64,000 bases of DNA from an uncultured Chloroflexia bacterium (GCA_963825525.1 CAWGTN010000002.1:992001-1056000), one strand, 5' to 3'; shown: positions 29,418 through 40,848, numbered from the stretch's first letter. Notes: generated by a model not told the origin, from the sequence alone. Numbers and translations: made by a program.

Positions 29418-29584
29418 GTCGCGGTGGCCAGGAAGGTCCAGGCGGCCATGATGAGAGCGAGCAGGACGAACGTGACCAGGGCGAGCGGCATGAGGGCCAC
29501 GTGGAGCGGACGCGCCGGCGTGAGCGGCGAGGATTCGACGGCCGGCTCCACGTCGCTGCGCGTGGCGGGAAGGTTGCTGTCCAT
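29414..29584 (-). CDS. Small membrane protein (56 aa)
   Basis: GAGGAG RBS; single C-terminal TM; coupled to the next gene. Confidence 0.6.
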   Translation of the reverse strand: MDSNLPATRSDVEPAVESSPLTPARPLHVALMPLALVTFVLLALIMAAWTFLATAT

Positions 29585-29586
29585 GA

Positions 29587-30156
29587 TCACTCCTCGATGA
29601 TGGCGGCGAGCTTCTCGTCCAGCGAGCTGGCCGAGATCTGGCCGATCTGCCGTGCCACGATAGTCCCATCGCGGCCGATGAAGTAGGTCTCCGGCGCCCC
29701 GAGGATGCCATAGTCGGTCGCCACGCGTTCGCCCGGATCCATGGCCGCGGCCCAGGTCGCCCCGTTGCGGACCATGAAGTCGCGTGCGGCCTCCGAGCGG
29801 TCGCGATACACGATGCCGATCACCACCAGCCCCTCGCCGGCATGCCGTGCGGCGGCATCTCGCAGGAGGGGGAACTCCTCCACGCACGGACCGCACCAGC
29901 TCGCCCAGAAGTTCACGACCACGGGCCGGCCGCGCAGGTCGGTGAGTCGGATCGGGGTGCCATCAAGGTCGGTGACCGTGAAGTCGGGGGCGTTGCGGCC
30001 AATTGCCGTCGGCGTGCCGCCGCTTCCACGATTCACGAGGATCAGGCCGAGCACCGCGAGCATGGCGAGCGGCACCACGGCGGCGACGACCAGGATGGAC
30101 AGGCGGAGGCGCCGAAGGTCCGTCCGGCGCGGATCGGCGGCGGGTGCGCCGCTCAT
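29587..30156 (-). CDS. TlpA/ResA family thiol-disulfide oxidoreductase
   Basis: TM anchor, VNFWASWCGPC, GAPETYFI. Confidence 0.93.
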   Translation of the reverse strand: MSGAPAADPRRTDLRRLRLSILVVAAVVPLAMLAVLGLILVNRGSGGTPTAIGRNAPDFTVTDLDGTPIRLTDLRGRPVVVNFWASWCGPCVEEFPLLRDAAARHAGEGLVVIGIVYRDRSEAARDFMVRNGATWAAAMDPGERVATDYGILGAPETYFIGRDGTIVARQIGQISASSLDEKLAAIIEE

Positions 30157-30163
30157 CGGCTCT

Positions 30164-30511
30164 TCAGTGGGCGGCGGAATCGTCGTGCGAACCACGCTCC
30201 GTGTCGCGCCATTCGTGGTTCGCCGCTCGTACCCAGGCGATGACGCCGATGACGAGCACGAGCAACCCGGGAATCGCCAGGAAGGGGTTGGCCAGCTCCT
30301 CCTTGCCACGGAATGCCAGCCCGGCGCCCATGAGCGCGGCCGCCAGCGAGACGGCCACGGGCAGGAAGCTCGGCGCGGGCAGGTGAACGCCGCGCGGCGG
30401 AGTGGCCGGGCCGGATGACCCCCCGGCGCGCGCCGAGATCGCGAAGACAACACCGAGAATCACCAGGATTCCGATCCCGATGATGGCGTAGCCGATGGCG
30501 GAGTCGGGCAT
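30164..30511 (-). CDS. Cytochrome c oxidase subunit IV-like membrane protein
   Basis: VHLPAPSFLP motif, three TM segments, position after subunit III. Confidence 0.75.
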   Translation of the reverse strand: MPDSAIGYAIIGIGILVILGVVFAISARAGGSSGPATPPRGVHLPAPSFLPVAVSLAAALMGAGLAFRGKEELANPFLAIPGLLVLVIGVIAWVRAANHEWRDTERGSHDDSAAH

Positions 30512-30523
30512 GTCTCGGTGTCC

Positions 30524-31147
30524 CTAGCGCAGGAAGTAGATGGTTGAGAAGACGGCGATCCACACGACGTCGACGAAGTGCCAGTAGATGCTGACCGCCT
30601 CGACCGCGACGTGGTTCTTCGCGCTGAACTGGCCGCGCAATGATCGCGCGAGGATGATGGTTAGGCCCACGGCACCTCCAAAGACGTGCGCGCCGTGGAA
30701 GCCGGTGAGTGTGTAGAAGGTCGTCCCGAACACCCCGTCGGCGATTCCGAACCCGAGCTGGCTGTAGTCGTACAGCTGACCCATGAGGAACAGGATGCCG
30801 AGGACCAGGGTGATCCCGGTCCACATCTTGAGCTTGCCGGTGTCGCCACGGCGGATTGCCCACACGCCGAACTGCATCGTGAAGCTCGAGACAACGAGGA
30901 TCACGGTCAGCGCTCCGGCCAGTGCGAGCTCGAGCTCCGGGGCGCCCTCCGGCGGCCCCCAGTGGCCCGGCGTGGTCGCCTTGGCGTTGAAGTAGGTGGC
31001 AAACAGTCCGCCGAAGAACATCACCTCACTGGCGATGAACAGCAGCATCCCCAGCAGCGCGGTTGGCATCCCCGACCCGCCATGGGCGATGGCCGCGGCG
31101 GCCTCGTGCTCGCCGGCCGGGTGCGCCTGCATGGTGCGCGTGCTCAT
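30524..31147 (-). CDS. ctaE: Cytochrome c oxidase subunit III
   Basis: [27 protein letters not shown]. Confidence 0.96.
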   Translation of the reverse strand: MSTRTMQAHPAGEHEAAAAIAHGGSGMPTALLGMLLFIASEVMFFGGLFATYFNAKATTPGHWGPPEGAPELELALAGALTVILVVSSFTMQFGVWAIRRGDTGKLKMWTGITLVLGILFLMGQLYDYSQLGFGIADGVFGTTFYTLTGFHGAHVFGGAVGLTIILARSLRGQFSAKNHVAVEAVSIYWHFVDVVWIAVFSTIYFLR

Positions 31148-32835
31148 ACCAGCGGATCCTCTCGTCGCTCGACGTCGTCCTCGGGCTCCTCCTCGAGATC
31201 CTTTGGACGCTCGGCCGCATGGCCATGACCGTGGGTGAGGAAGAAGAGCGGTCGCTCCGAGTGGATCGGCGGCAGGCGGTCGAAGTTGTAGGGCGGCGGC
31301 GGTGAGGAGGTCGCCCACTCGAGCGTGTTGCCCTCCCACGGATCATCGCCGGCCGGCTCACCGTTGATGAGCGTCGCGATCACGTTGATGAGGAACGGAA
31401 TGATGCTGACCGCGATCATGAAGGCACCGACGGTCGAGGCGATGTTCAGCAGGGTCCATCCCGCATCGGGGCTGTAGTCGCTGATGCGTCGCGGCATGCC
31501 GTCCAGGCCGAGCTGGTGCATCGGGAAGAAGGCCAGGTTGAAGCCGATGAAATGGATCCAGAAGTGGATCTTGCCGAGCGGCTCGTTGAGCTTGCGACCG
31601 GTCATCTTCGGGAACCAGTAGTACGTGGCAGCGAAGACGCCAAACACCGACCCGCCGAAGAACACGTAATGCAGGTGCGCCACCACGAAGTACGTGTCCT
31701 GGACGTGGAAGTCGATCGGCGGTGAGGCAAGCATCACGCCGCTGATGCCGCCGATGAGGAACATCGACAGGAAGCCCAGGGCGAAGAGCATGGGCGTCGT
31801 GAAGATCAGCTTGCCGCGCCACAGCGTTGCGAGCCAGTTGAACATCTTGATCCCGGTCGGAATGGCGATGAGTGCGGTCATGAAGCTGAAGAAGGGCAGG
31901 AACACCGAACCGGTGGTGAACATGTGGTGGGCCCAGACGCTGAAGCTCAGCAGGCCGATGCCGACCGTGGCGAACACGAAGGCCCGGTAGCCGAACAGTG
32001 GCTTGCGGCTGAACACCGGGAGGATCTCGCTTACCACGCCCATCGCCGGAAGGATGACGATGTAGACCTCGGGGTGGCCGAAGAACCAGAAGATGTGCTG
32101 CCACAGGACCGGGTTGCCGCCGACGCTGGGATCGAAGAACGAGCCGCCGTAGTTGCGGTCGATGAACAGCGCGATGAGGCCCGCGGTCAGGACCGGGGTG
32201 GCGAGCAGGATGAGGACCGCTGTCACGAGCACCGTCCATACGAAGATCGGCATCCGGAACAGGGTCATGCCCGGCGCGCGCATCTTGAAGATCGTGGCGA
32301 TGAAGTTCACCGCGCCCAGGATCGAGGCGGTGCCGACCAGGGTCAGGCCGATGACCCACAGGTCCGTGCCGACACCGGGCGAGTACTGGTCACTCGTGAG
32401 CGGCGAGTAGGCCGTCCAACCCTCGGCCGCCGCCCCACCGAACAGGTACCCGCTGAAGATGAGTCCGCCGCCGAGCGGCAGCAGCCAGAAGCTCAGGGCG
32501 TTGATGCGCGGGAAGGCCATATCCGGAGCGCCGAGCTGGAGCGGAACGATGTAGTTTCCGAAGCCCGACAGCGCGGGGATGATGAACAGGAACAGCATGA
32601 TCGTGCCGTGCATCGTGAACGCCTGGTTGTAGGTGTTCTGATCCAGGAACTGCATGCCAGGGACGGCGAGCTCGGTCCGGATGACGAGGGCAAGGATGCC
32701 GGCCGCGAAGAAGAACAGGAAGCTGTTCAGGATGTACAGGATCCCGATCTTCTTGTGGTCGACGGTCGTCAGCCAGTCGATGACCCAGGAGCGTCGAATG
32801 GAACCGGCGCGGGGGTCAAGAGTCGTGGTTGCCAT
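31144..32835 (-). CDS. ctaD: Cytochrome c oxidase subunit I (A1 type)
   Basis: DHKKIG, GHPEVY, WAHH, VAHLHY. Confidence 0.98.
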   Translation of the reverse strand: MATTTLDPRAGSIRRSWVIDWLTTVDHKKIGILYILNSFLFFFAAGILALVIRTELAVPGMQFLDQNTYNQAFTMHGTIMLFLFIIPALSGFGNYIVPLQLGAPDMAFPRINALSFWLLPLGGGLIFSGYLFGGAAAEGWTAYSPLTSDQYSPGVGTDLWVIGLTLVGTASILGAVNFIATIFKMRAPGMTLFRMPIFVWTVLVTAVLILLATPVLTAGLIALFIDRNYGGSFFDPSVGGNPVLWQHIFWFFGHPEVYIVILPAMGVVSEILPVFSRKPLFGYRAFVFATVGIGLLSFSVWAHHMFTTGSVFLPFFSFMTALIAIPTGIKMFNWLATLWRGKLIFTTPMLFALGFLSMFLIGGISGVMLASPPIDFHVQDTYFVVAHLHYVFFGGSVFGVFAATYYWFPKMTGRKLNEPLGKIHFWIHFIGFNLAFFPMHQLGLDGMPRRISDYSPDAGWTLLNIASTVGAFMIAVSIIPFLINVIATLINGEPAGDDPWEGNTLEWATSSPPPPYNFDRLPPIHSERPLFFLTHGHGHAAERPKDLEEEPEDDVERREDPLV

Positions 32836-32855
32836 GGATCTGTGCTCGCGCTCCG

Positions 32856-33917
32856 CTATTCGGTGACCGTCACGTCGCCCACCATCGCCTGTGGGTGGAC
32901 GTCGCAGATGAACCTGAAATCGCCGGCGGGTAGTGCGGGGACGTTGTACACGATCTCGCCCGCCGTGTTCAGGATCTCGCCGTTGAAGAGCGCCTCGCCG
33001 CCGTCATAGATCGCGACGTTGTGCGGGACGTCCTCCTGGTTCTCGAAGGCGATGCAGAACGCCGTGTCGGCCGGAACCTCGAACTCGCTGATGTCGAAGG
33101 CAATGTCATTGGCCTTGATCTCGATGGTCGTCGCGCAGTCTCCACCGCCGCCCGGTGGTGGCGGAGGCGGCGAGCCACTGGCCAGTGCGGCCATGTACGC
33201 GTCGTAGTCCGCCCGGGTCATGGCGTTGACCACGAACTTCATGTCCGCGTGGGAGGTCCCGCAGAACTCGGCGCACTGGCCGGCGTAGGTCCCGGCCTCG
33301 GTGATGGTGAACTCGAGCTCGTTGTCGCGTCCGTTGTTGCCCAGGTCGATGAGGTCGCGCTTGATGAGGAACTGCGGCACGTAGAAGGCGTGGTTGACGT
33401 CCACCGAGTTCAGCACCAGGCGCACCGGCTCGTTGATCGGCACCGCCAGCACGGGCGGCTCGCCGCCCCGCGGCCCGACCTTGGTGCCATCCTCGTAGAC
33501 GAACGTCCAGTTCCACTGGAAGCCGTCGACCTGGATCGTGACGCCGGGATTGTCGCTCCGGGCCTCGACGTCACCGAGAGTGCTCATGCTGAACCCGAAG
33601 AGAACGAGCACGATCACGGTCGGGATGATCGTCCAGATGATCTCGACCAGCGTGTTGCCGTGGTGCTGCTCGGGCAACGTCTCGTCGCCCGGCTGCCGCC
33701 GGTAGCGAACGATCGCGTAGATGATGAAGCCCTCGACGCCCACGAACACGATCCCGGCCAGTACGAGCACGATGACGTACAGGTTGAAGACCTCGCGCCC
33801 GGTCTCGGTCACCGGCTGCGGCGGGAGCATGCACCCGGCGAGCAGGGCGATCAGCAGGGAGGGGGCTGCGGTACGAATGATCGTCCGCAGCCGAGATCGG
33901 GCCACCGTTCGTTGCAT
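32856..33917 (-). CDS. ctaC: Cytochrome c oxidase subunit II with C-terminal cupredoxin domain
   Basis: LAGC lipobox, [25 protein letters not shown] (CuA); Pro/Gly linker; HN...CDVHPQAM type-1 Cu ligands. Confidence 0.95.
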   Translation of the reverse strand: MQRTVARSRLRTIIRTAAPSLLIALLAGCMLPPQPVTETGREVFNLYVIVLVLAGIVFVGVEGFIIYAIVRYRRQPGDETLPEQHHGNTLVEIIWTIIPTVIVLVLFGFSMSTLGDVEARSDNPGVTIQVDGFQWNWTFVYEDGTKVGPRGGEPPVLAVPINEPVRLVLNSVDVNHAFYVPQFLIKRDLIDLGNNGRDNELEFTITEAGTYAGQCAEFCGTSHADMKFVVNAMTRADYDAYMAALASGSPPPPPPGGGGDCATTIEIKANDIAFDISEFEVPADTAFCIAFENQEDVPHNVAIYDGGEALFNGEILNTAGEIVYNVPALPAGDFRFICDVHPQAMVGDVTVTE

Positions 33918-34064
33918 CAGATGGTCTCGAGGCTCCTGGTTCAACCGACACGTCGCTGGCGCGGAGGTTTTCAGGCACGCACGCTCAGGCGGGCTGACGG
34001 CGGCACGGAGCACATTGTAGCGAAGGCCGTGGCCGCGGTGCGACCCGCAACGACGGCCCGTGGG

Positions 34065-35030
34065 TCAGGCGGCTCCGTCCAGGTCAGGGCAGGCCGGATC
34101 CTCGTTCGGCAGCAGCGGCCGCGGCAGGACGACGAAGCGCCGATCGCCATCGTCCGTCCAGCGCGTCATCTGGTTCGAGGCGGCGAGCTCGGCCAGCCAC
34201 GCAGCGCCCAGCTCGCCATCCACGACGCCACAGCGCGTCCCGTTGCCGAAGAACGAGACCTCGTCGCCGAATGCCGCCGGATCGTCGTCGGTGGGCCACT
34301 CTCGAACCTGTTCCGGGAGATCGCCGCCCTCGACCTGGTCGCCGGTCGCGTCGCGGACGTAGAGGCGGAATGACTCAGGCTCATACGGCTGCCAGCCCTC
34401 GGCCTCCCACGAGCCGTCGGGCAGCCACGTGTCCAGGGTCATGAGTCCGTCATTCAGCAGCCCCAGGATCCGATGCGCCTCGAGCTCGCCCGAGGTGATG
34501 CCCGGCGCCGGCTCCATCCCGGGGATGAGAGCGCCAAGTCCGTAGATGCTGACGGTGACGTCCTGGCCGCCGGCATTGAGGATGAAGAGGGTGTCGGCCG
34601 CATCGGCCACCATGCTCTGCGCGCCGCGAAGGTCGAGGTCGCTGGTGAACAGGTTCGTCTCCTCGACCGATCTCAGGACCGCCTGGATGCCATCCTCGGT
34701 AAGCGTGCGCTCGATGAGCGCGGGATATGCCGGTCCCGGGAACTCGAGCGTCTGCGGCCCCTGCATGATCACGCGTCCGTCGCCGAGCAGCACGAACATC
34801 GGGAGCCGCGTGGCAAGGAACTCGACCGGCACGAACCCGCCGGCCGAGTCAAGGATCAGGATGGCTTCGCTCCCGCCCGGATGCTCGATCCCGCCGGTCC
34901 CGCCAGACCCACCGGTTGGGTCAGGGCCGGGAGACTCCCCGGTGGGAGACGGATCCGGCGAGCTGCCGGGTGCCGCACACGCCGAAATTGTCAGGAGCAC
35001 CACGAAAAGGCCGGGCATCGTTCGTTTCAT
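34065..35030 (-). CDS. Hypothetical lipoprotein
   Basis: ISAC lipobox, Pro/Ser/Gly linker, GGFVP, DGRVI, RPLLP. Confidence 0.85.
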   Translation of the reverse strand: MKRTMPGLFVVLLTISACAAPGSSPDPSPTGESPGPDPTGGSGGTGGIEHPGGSEAILILDSAGGFVPVEFLATRLPMFVLLGDGRVIMQGPQTLEFPGPAYPALIERTLTEDGIQAVLRSVEETNLFTSDLDLRGAQSMVADAADTLFILNAGGQDVTVSIYGLGALIPGMEPAPGITSGELEAHRILGLLNDGLMTLDTWLPDGSWEAEGWQPYEPESFRLYVRDATGDQVEGGDLPEQVREWPTDDDPAAFGDEVSFFGNGTRCGVVDGELGAAWLAELAASNQMTRWTDDGDRRFVVLPRPLLPNEDPACPDLDGAA

Positions 35031-35090
35031 GGCCGCTCTGACGCCGGCGGGGGCCGGGCGGTTCCAACGAATTGCGGCGAGAATGAGCCG

Positions 35091-36050
35091 ATGCGTCGCG
35101 CGCTCCCGTTTCCGGTCCTCGGTGTCCTGCTCGCCCTGCCCGGAGCGGCGCTGGCCCACGGGCTGGCGACGCCGGCGCCCACGCTGCCCGGCGTGCTGCT
35201 GGAATGGAGCTTCGACCCCCTCGCCGTCATCGCCCTGGTTGCTGCGGGGGCGGCCTACCGCTGGGCCACGGTCCGGGTTCGCCGGAGTCACCCTGGGAAT
35301 CCGCACCCTGCCCACCGATCGTGGCTGTTCGGGGCCGGCCTCCTGACCATCGGCCTTGCCCTCCTCTCACCCATCGAGGCGTACGAGGGCACGCTGTTCA
35401 GCGTGCACATGGTCCAGCACATGCTCCTCGAGCTGGTGGCGGCCCCACTGTTGCTGGCCGGGGCGCCGATCACGCTGACCCTGCGCGTCGCCAGCCCGGG
35501 CGTCCGGCGCCGGTTGCTGGCCGTGCTCCGGAGTCGCGCGGTGCACGTGATCTCGTTCCCGGTGGTCGCCTGGCTCCTGTTCGCCGCCGTGAACTGGGGC
35601 TGGCACTTCAGCTCGCTCTACAACGACGCGCTCGAGAACGTGGCGCTCCACTACGTCCAGCACGCCACCTTCCTGGGTGCCGCCCTGCTCTTCTGGTGGC
35701 CGGCCATCGGCGCCGATCCGTCACCCTGGCGGCTTCCCCACCCCGTCCGGCTGCTCTACCTCTTCCTTGCGATGCCGCAGAACTCGTTCCTCGGCGTCGC
35801 GCTCATGTCGGCCTCCACCGTGCTCTACCCGCATTACGTGACCAACGTCCGAGACTGGGGCATGACGCCGCTCGAGGACCAGGCATTGGGCGGCGTCCTC
35901 ATGTGGGTGGTCGGCGACCTGGCGTTCCTTGCGGCGATGATGCTGGTCGTCGTCGGGTGGATGCGGCACGAGGATCGGCGAACCGCACGGATGGACGCGC
36001 GCCTTGCCGCCGAGCGGAGGAGCGTGCCGGGCACTCGGTATACCGAGTAG
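35091..36050 (+). CDS. ctaG: Cytochrome c oxidase assembly protein (Caa3_CtaG family)
   Basis: LFSVHMVQHMLL, WH, DQALGGVLMW. Confidence 0.92.
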   Translation: MRRALPFPVLGVLLALPGAALAHGLATPAPTLPGVLLEWSFDPLAVIALVAAGAAYRWATVRVRRSHPGNPHPAHRSWLFGAGLLTIGLALLSPIEAYEGTLFSVHMVQHMLLELVAAPLLLAGAPITLTLRVASPGVRRRLLAVLRSRAVHVISFPVVAWLLFAAVNWGWHFSSLYNDALENVALHYVQHATFLGAALLFWWPAIGADPSPWRLPHPVRLLYLFLAMPQNSFLGVALMSASTVLYPHYVTNVRDWGMTPLEDQALGGVLMWVVGDLAFLAAMMLVVVGWMRHEDRRTARMDARLAAERRSVPGTRYTE

Positions 36051-36086
36051 AACTCGCGCGAGTGGGAAGCCCCGAGGCGGGGGCGC

Positions 36087-37889
36087 TCAGGCCAGCGGCA
36101 GACGCACCAGTGCATCGGCCGCGACCGCGGCGAACAGCAGGGTCAGGTACGTGATCGAGTAGCGGAACAGGCCGATGGCTGCCCGCCCGCTCCCGGCATC
36201 GGCGCGAAGCCGGAGCGCCTGCACCAGGAAGAGGCCACCGAGCACGACCGCCGCCACCAGGTAGACCCAGCCCATGCCGGCGGCCGGCAGCAGGAGCAGG
36301 CTGACGCCGATGAGCAGCACGGTGTACAGCACGATCTGGCGCGCCGTCTCGGCCTCCCCACGGACAACGGGCAGCATCGGGACATTCGCCGCGGCGTAGT
36401 CGCCGCGGTAGCGCAGCGCAAGCGCCCAGAAGTGCGGCGGTGTCCAGTAGAAGACGATGGCGAACAGCACGAACGCCGGCAATCCGACCTCGCCGGTCAC
36501 GGCGGCCCAGGCCACCAGCACCGGAACACAGCCCGCCGCACCGCCGATCACGATGTTCTGTGGAGTCGTCCGCTTCAGCCACATCGTGTAGACGAAGACG
36601 TAGAAGGCGGTGGCGCTCATCGCCAGCAGGGCGCTCAGCAGGTTGACGGTGAGCAGCAGGAAGACGAATGCCAGCACGCTCAGGCCGATGCCGAACCAGA
36701 GCGCGGCCGATGGATTCACGGCGTGCCGCGGCAAAGGCCGGTGCCGGGTCCGGCGCATGACGTCGTCGATATCGCGGTCCACGTACATGTTGATGGCGTT
36801 CGCTCCGCCGGCGGCCAGCGTCCCGCCGATCACCACGGCCGCCATCAGCCACAGCGAGGGGATGCCGCCCTGGGCGAGGACCATGGTCGGGACGGTCGTC
36901 ACCAGCAACAGCTCGATGATCCGCGGCTTGGTCAGGGCCACGTAGCTGCGGACGGTGTCCATCGGCCCTGATTGACGCTCGTCCTCGCGCGCGCCGTGCG
37001 GGGCCTCGGCCGGTCGCAGGCGTCGGGTCGAGAGCAGCAGCCAGACGGCGATCCCCCACATCGCGGCGCCGACCGCGAGGTGCGGGACCACGAAGACGGC
37101 CGAGAGCCGAGAGATGACGTTCAGTCCGCCCAGGGCAACCTGGACGACGATGAGTACCGCCAGCCAGCGGCTCAGGCTGCGCGGGCCGGGCGCGGCGGTC
37201 GCTGCCCAGACCGCAAGCGCCGTCCACGCCACGAGCGCCGCGACCACCACGCTGATCGCCCGATGCACGAGCTGAATTGCCTGGCGCGGGTCGCCGATCG
37301 CCGGTGCCAGCGAACCGTTCATGAGCGGGAAGTCGGAGAAGGCCAGCCCCGCGGCGTGGCCGGTGACCCAGGATCCGACGAGCATCTGGACGAAGATCGC
37401 GAGGGCGGTGACTGCCACGAGCCGCGTCAGCCCCGGTCGTGCATGGGCCCTCGGCATCGGTCCGTGGACCGCACGCTCGGCAATGAAGATCGTGGCCGCC
37501 AGGACGGTGAGGGCCATGGCGAGGTGCGCGGTGACGAGCTCGGCGGCGAGGCCCTGGAGCACGACGGCGGCGCCGAGCAGCGACTGTACGATGACCAGCA
37601 CCCCCGCCACGATGGCGGCGCCGAGGAGTGGACGATCTCGTCGGCGACGGGTGAAGACGGTGATGAGGCCGACCGCGCCGACCAATGGACCCACGAACAC
37701 CGCGGCCGTGAGTCGGTGCGAATGCTCGATCCAGGCGTTGAGGTCGGCCGGGGGCAGCCAGTCACCGAAGCACAGCGGCCAGTCGGGGCACCCGAGACCC
37801 GAGTCCGTGGCACGCACCAGCCCACCGACGGCGATCAGGACGAATGTTGCGGCAGCAGCCGCCACCGCCAATTTGGCGAATCGGGTCAA
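36087..37889 (-). CDS. ctaB: Heme A synthase - heme O synthase fusion (CtaA-CtaB)
   Basis: GLGCPDWPLC and EHSHR (CtaA); LTKPRI, DRDIDDVMRRTRHRPL, WTPPHFWAL (CtaB). Confidence 0.95.
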   Translation of the reverse strand: MTRFAKLAVAAAAATFVLIAVGGLVRATDSGLGCPDWPLCFGDWLPPADLNAWIEHSHRLTAAVFVGPLVGAVGLITVFTRRRRDRPLLGAAIVAGVLVIVQSLLGAAVVLQGLAAELVTAHLAMALTVLAATIFIAERAVHGPMPRAHARPGLTRLVAVTALAIFVQMLVGSWVTGHAAGLAFSDFPLMNGSLAPAIGDPRQAIQLVHRAISVVVAALVAWTALAVWAATAAPGPRSLSRWLAVLIVVQVALGGLNVISRLSAVFVVPHLAVGAAMWGIAVWLLLSTRRLRPAEAPHGAREDERQSGPMDTVRSYVALTKPRIIELLLVTTVPTMVLAQGGIPSLWLMAAVVIGGTLAAGGANAINMYVDRDIDDVMRRTRHRPLPRHAVNPSAALWFGIGLSVLAFVFLLLTVNLLSALLAMSATAFYVFVYTMWLKRTTPQNIVIGGAAGCVPVLVAWAAVTGEVGLPAFVLFAIVFYWTPPHFWALALRYRGDYAAANVPMLPVVRGEAETARQIVLYTVLLIGVSLLLLPAAGMGWVYLVAAVVLGGLFLVQALRLRADAGSGRAAIGLFRYSITYLTLLFAAVAADALVRLPLA

Positions 37890-38008
37890 TTCGGGTACCT
37901 CTCGCCGCTCGCGGGGCATCGCCGAGCGGGCGACGCCATGATAGCCGCCGCGGTCGGGGGTCACCATCGGCGCGGCGTGGCGCGATGCAGGACCGCTACG
38001 ATGCCGCC

Positions 38009-39260
38009 ATGAGTGACGCGCGCGTGGTCCAGGTCAACGTCTCGGGCGGTGGCGTCCCGAAGCTTCCGGTCGCCGTCGGCCCGGGTGACGACATACGGCG
38101 TCGAGGGCGATCGGCAACAGGCCGACACGGTGCACGGCGGGCCGCATCGTGCCGTCACGGTGCTCGGGATCGAGGCCATCGAGCGATTGCGCGCGGAGGG
38201 CCACCCGATCGCTCCGGGGACCACGGGCGAGAATCTCACGACCTCGGGCTTCGACGTCTCGATGCTGCCGGTCGGCACCCGCCTGATGGTCGGTGCCGAG
38301 CTGGTCCTCGAGGTCTCGCAGCCGGCGAGCCCGTGCCGCACCATCCGGAATTCGTTCATCGGCGGCCGATTCGGGCGACTCTCGATCAAGACGAACCCGG
38401 GGGACAGCCGGATGTACGCGCGCGTGCTACGAGAGGGGACGGTGCAGCCAGGCGATCCCATCCGGATCGAGCGGCAGGCGCCCGGCCAGGCGACGTCCGC
38501 CGCCGCATTCGGGTTGGCCGATCGGCTCGACCAGGCTGAGCGGGAAGCGTCCGTGATCTTCTGGCAGTCCGCCATCGCTGCCGGCATCGACGTGGATCTG
38601 CTCGACGACGGCGAGATCGCAGTGGCCGCGACGCCGTCCCTTCCGGGCGCCATCTTCAACCAGGCGCTCGGGTTCGCCCATCTCCCGAACCTCGTTGATC
38701 GCGCGCGAGATCACTTCAGGCGGCGAGGGGTGGATGGCTGGCTGCTGGCCGATGATCCACCCTGGGACAACGCGCGAGCCGAGGCGACGCTGGCCCGCTA
38801 TGTCCTCACCTCCCCACTCGAGGCCCCAACGCCGGGCGGACTCACGATCCGCGAGCTCGCTCGTCGTGAGATCGGCCCTTGGGCCAACGTGATCGCGGAG
38901 GCGTCCGAGCTGCCGAGCGACGTCGCCGACGCGTGGCGCCGGCTCGAGAGCCACATCGCGGCGGCTGCCCACCATCATCGATTCGTGGCGGAGGTGGACG
39001 GGGTGGCTGTCGGCGCCGGCAGCCTCCACATCCACCATCAGCTTGGCTGGCTGCGCGCCGGATCGGTACTTCCCTCGCACCGCGGGCAGGGCGTGCAACG
39101 CGCGCTGATCGCCGGTCGGGCGGACCACGCGCGCCGGCTCGGCGCGGACGCCATCGGCGCATCGGCAGTCGAGGGCGGCGCATCGGCCGCCAACCTCGAG
39201 CGGCTCGGATTCGAGCGGATCGGGACCCGGCGCAGCTACATGGTGCCGGCGGGCGCCTGA
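38009..39260 (+). CDS. MOSC domain - GNAT acetyltransferase fusion (frameshift near 38078)
   Basis: GGVPK, HGGPHRAV, GENLT, PCRTI; C-terminal VLPSHRGQGVQRALI and NLERLGF. Confidence 0.85.
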
Positions 39261-40060
39261 CGCACGCGCCGGTCGGCGGCGCGAGCCCGAGGGGCATGGC
39301 GCAGCACGGACGGAAGCAGCGGCAGCCCGCGCCGACTCACCGCCGCCAGGCGTTCCACGCCGCGCTCGCGCGCCTGCGACCATCGGATCCCGTACCCGCG
39401 GCGCAGCTCGGGTGGAAGTGTGGCCAGCGAGACGAGGTGCGCCACGTCATAGAGGCGACCGGGAACCACCGGGAACGGACGCAGGATCGTGCGCGCGATG
39501 GCGCGCGCCTCCGGCGTCACCCTGACCGTGCCGTCCGCCATTCGATCAGCCATCCAGGCTCGCAGACCAACGATCGTCGGCGGCAGCAGCTCCGCCGGGA
39601 CCCCGAGGAGGAGCGCAACGCGCCCGCTCTCCTCGTGATACGCCTGCTCGTCGGCGGCGCTGAGCCGCCCGACGAATCGATCGTGGACGCGGAGCGCGGT
39701 ATCGACCAGCGTGGCGTGGACCCAGAGCAGCGCATCGGGATCGGTGGCGCGGTAGGGCCGCCCGTCGGACATCTCGCCGCGCACCGCCCGGTGAATGGCA
39801 TTCACGCGGCGAATGGCGGCCTCGGCGGTCGAGCGGCTGCCGAACACGACGTCGAAGCTGCTCTCCAGCGTGCGCGTCAGCCGGCGGACCGGGTCGGACG
39901 CATATGAGGAATGCTCCGTCACCCCCGCCGCGACGACCGGGTGCGCGGCCTGCATCAGCAGTGCGCACGAGCCTCCGGCCAGCACGACGAGCTCACGGTC
40001 GATCCGCCACGAGGCCGAACCCGGGCCGAACAACCCGATCGCCTCGTCCAGCGCGCTCAT
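39236..40060 (-). CDS. Oxygenase MpaB (DUF2236) family protein
   Basis: ALLMQAAHPVVAAGV, VNAIH, LWVHATL. Confidence 0.9.
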   Translation of the reverse strand: MSALDEAIGLFGPGSASWRIDRELVVLAGGSCALLMQAAHPVVAAGVTEHSSYASDPVRRLTRTLESSFDVVFGSRSTAEAAIRRVNAIHRAVRGEMSDGRPYRATDPDALLWVHATLVDTALRVHDRFVGRLSAADEQAYHEESGRVALLLGVPAELLPPTIVGLRAWMADRMADGTVRVTPEARAIARTILRPFPVVPGRLYDVAHLVSLATLPPELRRGYGIRWSQARERGVERLAAVSRRGLPLLPSVLRHAPRARAADRRVRQAPAGTM

Positions 40061-40809
40061 CCGATGGCGGCATTGCGGGGCCGGCGCGGGTCGCGGAACA
40101 CGGTCCGGAACACCAATCCGGCCAGCACTCCGGCCGCAAATCCGCCGATATGGGCCATGTACGCGACCCCGCCGGCTGTCTCCTCGGTGACGGCGAACGC
40201 GCCGATCCCGTTGACGAACTGGAAGACGGCCCACAGCCCGATGGCCACCAGCGCCGGTACGCGCATCGGGAACCGCAGGAAGAGGACCGTGACGCGGTTG
40301 GTCGGGAACATGACCAGGTACGCACCCAGCACCCCGGAGATCGCGCCGGACGCACCCAGGGTCGGGATCACGGACCCGGGATCCACCAGGATCTGCGCGA
40401 AGCTGGCCACGATCCCGGCGACGAGGTAGAAGCCGATGAACAGCACGTGGCCGATGCGATGCTCGACGTTGTCGCCGAAGATCCAGAGGAACAGCATGTT
40501 GCCGGCGATGTGGAGCCAGCCCCCGTGCATGAACAGGCTCGTCAGGAGGGTGAGGAAGATCGGGGACGGGCCCGGCTCCTGCGGAATCTCGAGTGATTGG
40601 CCACCGACCGTGATCTCCTCCGGGCCGACGAGATCGACGCCATTGGTGATCTCGTAGGGCACGGCGCTGTAGCCGTACGTGAAGTCCTCGCCGCTCGCCC
40701 CACCGGCTCCCTGCAGAAGAAGGAAGACGGCCACGTTGAGCGCGATGAAAGCCAGGCTCACGACGGCCGGGCCGTGGCCGCGCTCGTTCTCGTCGCCGAT
40801 GGGGAACAT
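40057..40809 (-). CDS. Rhomboid family intramembrane serine protease
   Basis: HGGWLHIAGNM, GASG, AHIGGF. Confidence 0.95.
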   Translation of the reverse strand: MFPIGDENERGHGPAVVSLAFIALNVAVFLLLQGAGGASGEDFTYGYSAVPYEITNGVDLVGPEEITVGGQSLEIPQEPGPSPIFLTLLTSLFMHGGWLHIAGNMLFLWIFGDNVEHRIGHVLFIGFYLVAGIVASFAQILVDPGSVIPTLGASGAISGVLGAYLVMFPTNRVTVLFLRFPMRVPALVAIGLWAVFQFVNGIGAFAVTEETAGGVAYMAHIGGFAAGVLAGLVFRTVFRDPRRPRNAAIG

Positions 40810-40848
40810 CGCGGGATTCTAGAGCACGTCTCGCGCCATAATCGCGCG

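Noticed and set aside
36087-37889. CtaA-CtaB fusion as a novelty
   Set aside because: Such heme A/heme O synthase fusions are already known in several bacterial lineages
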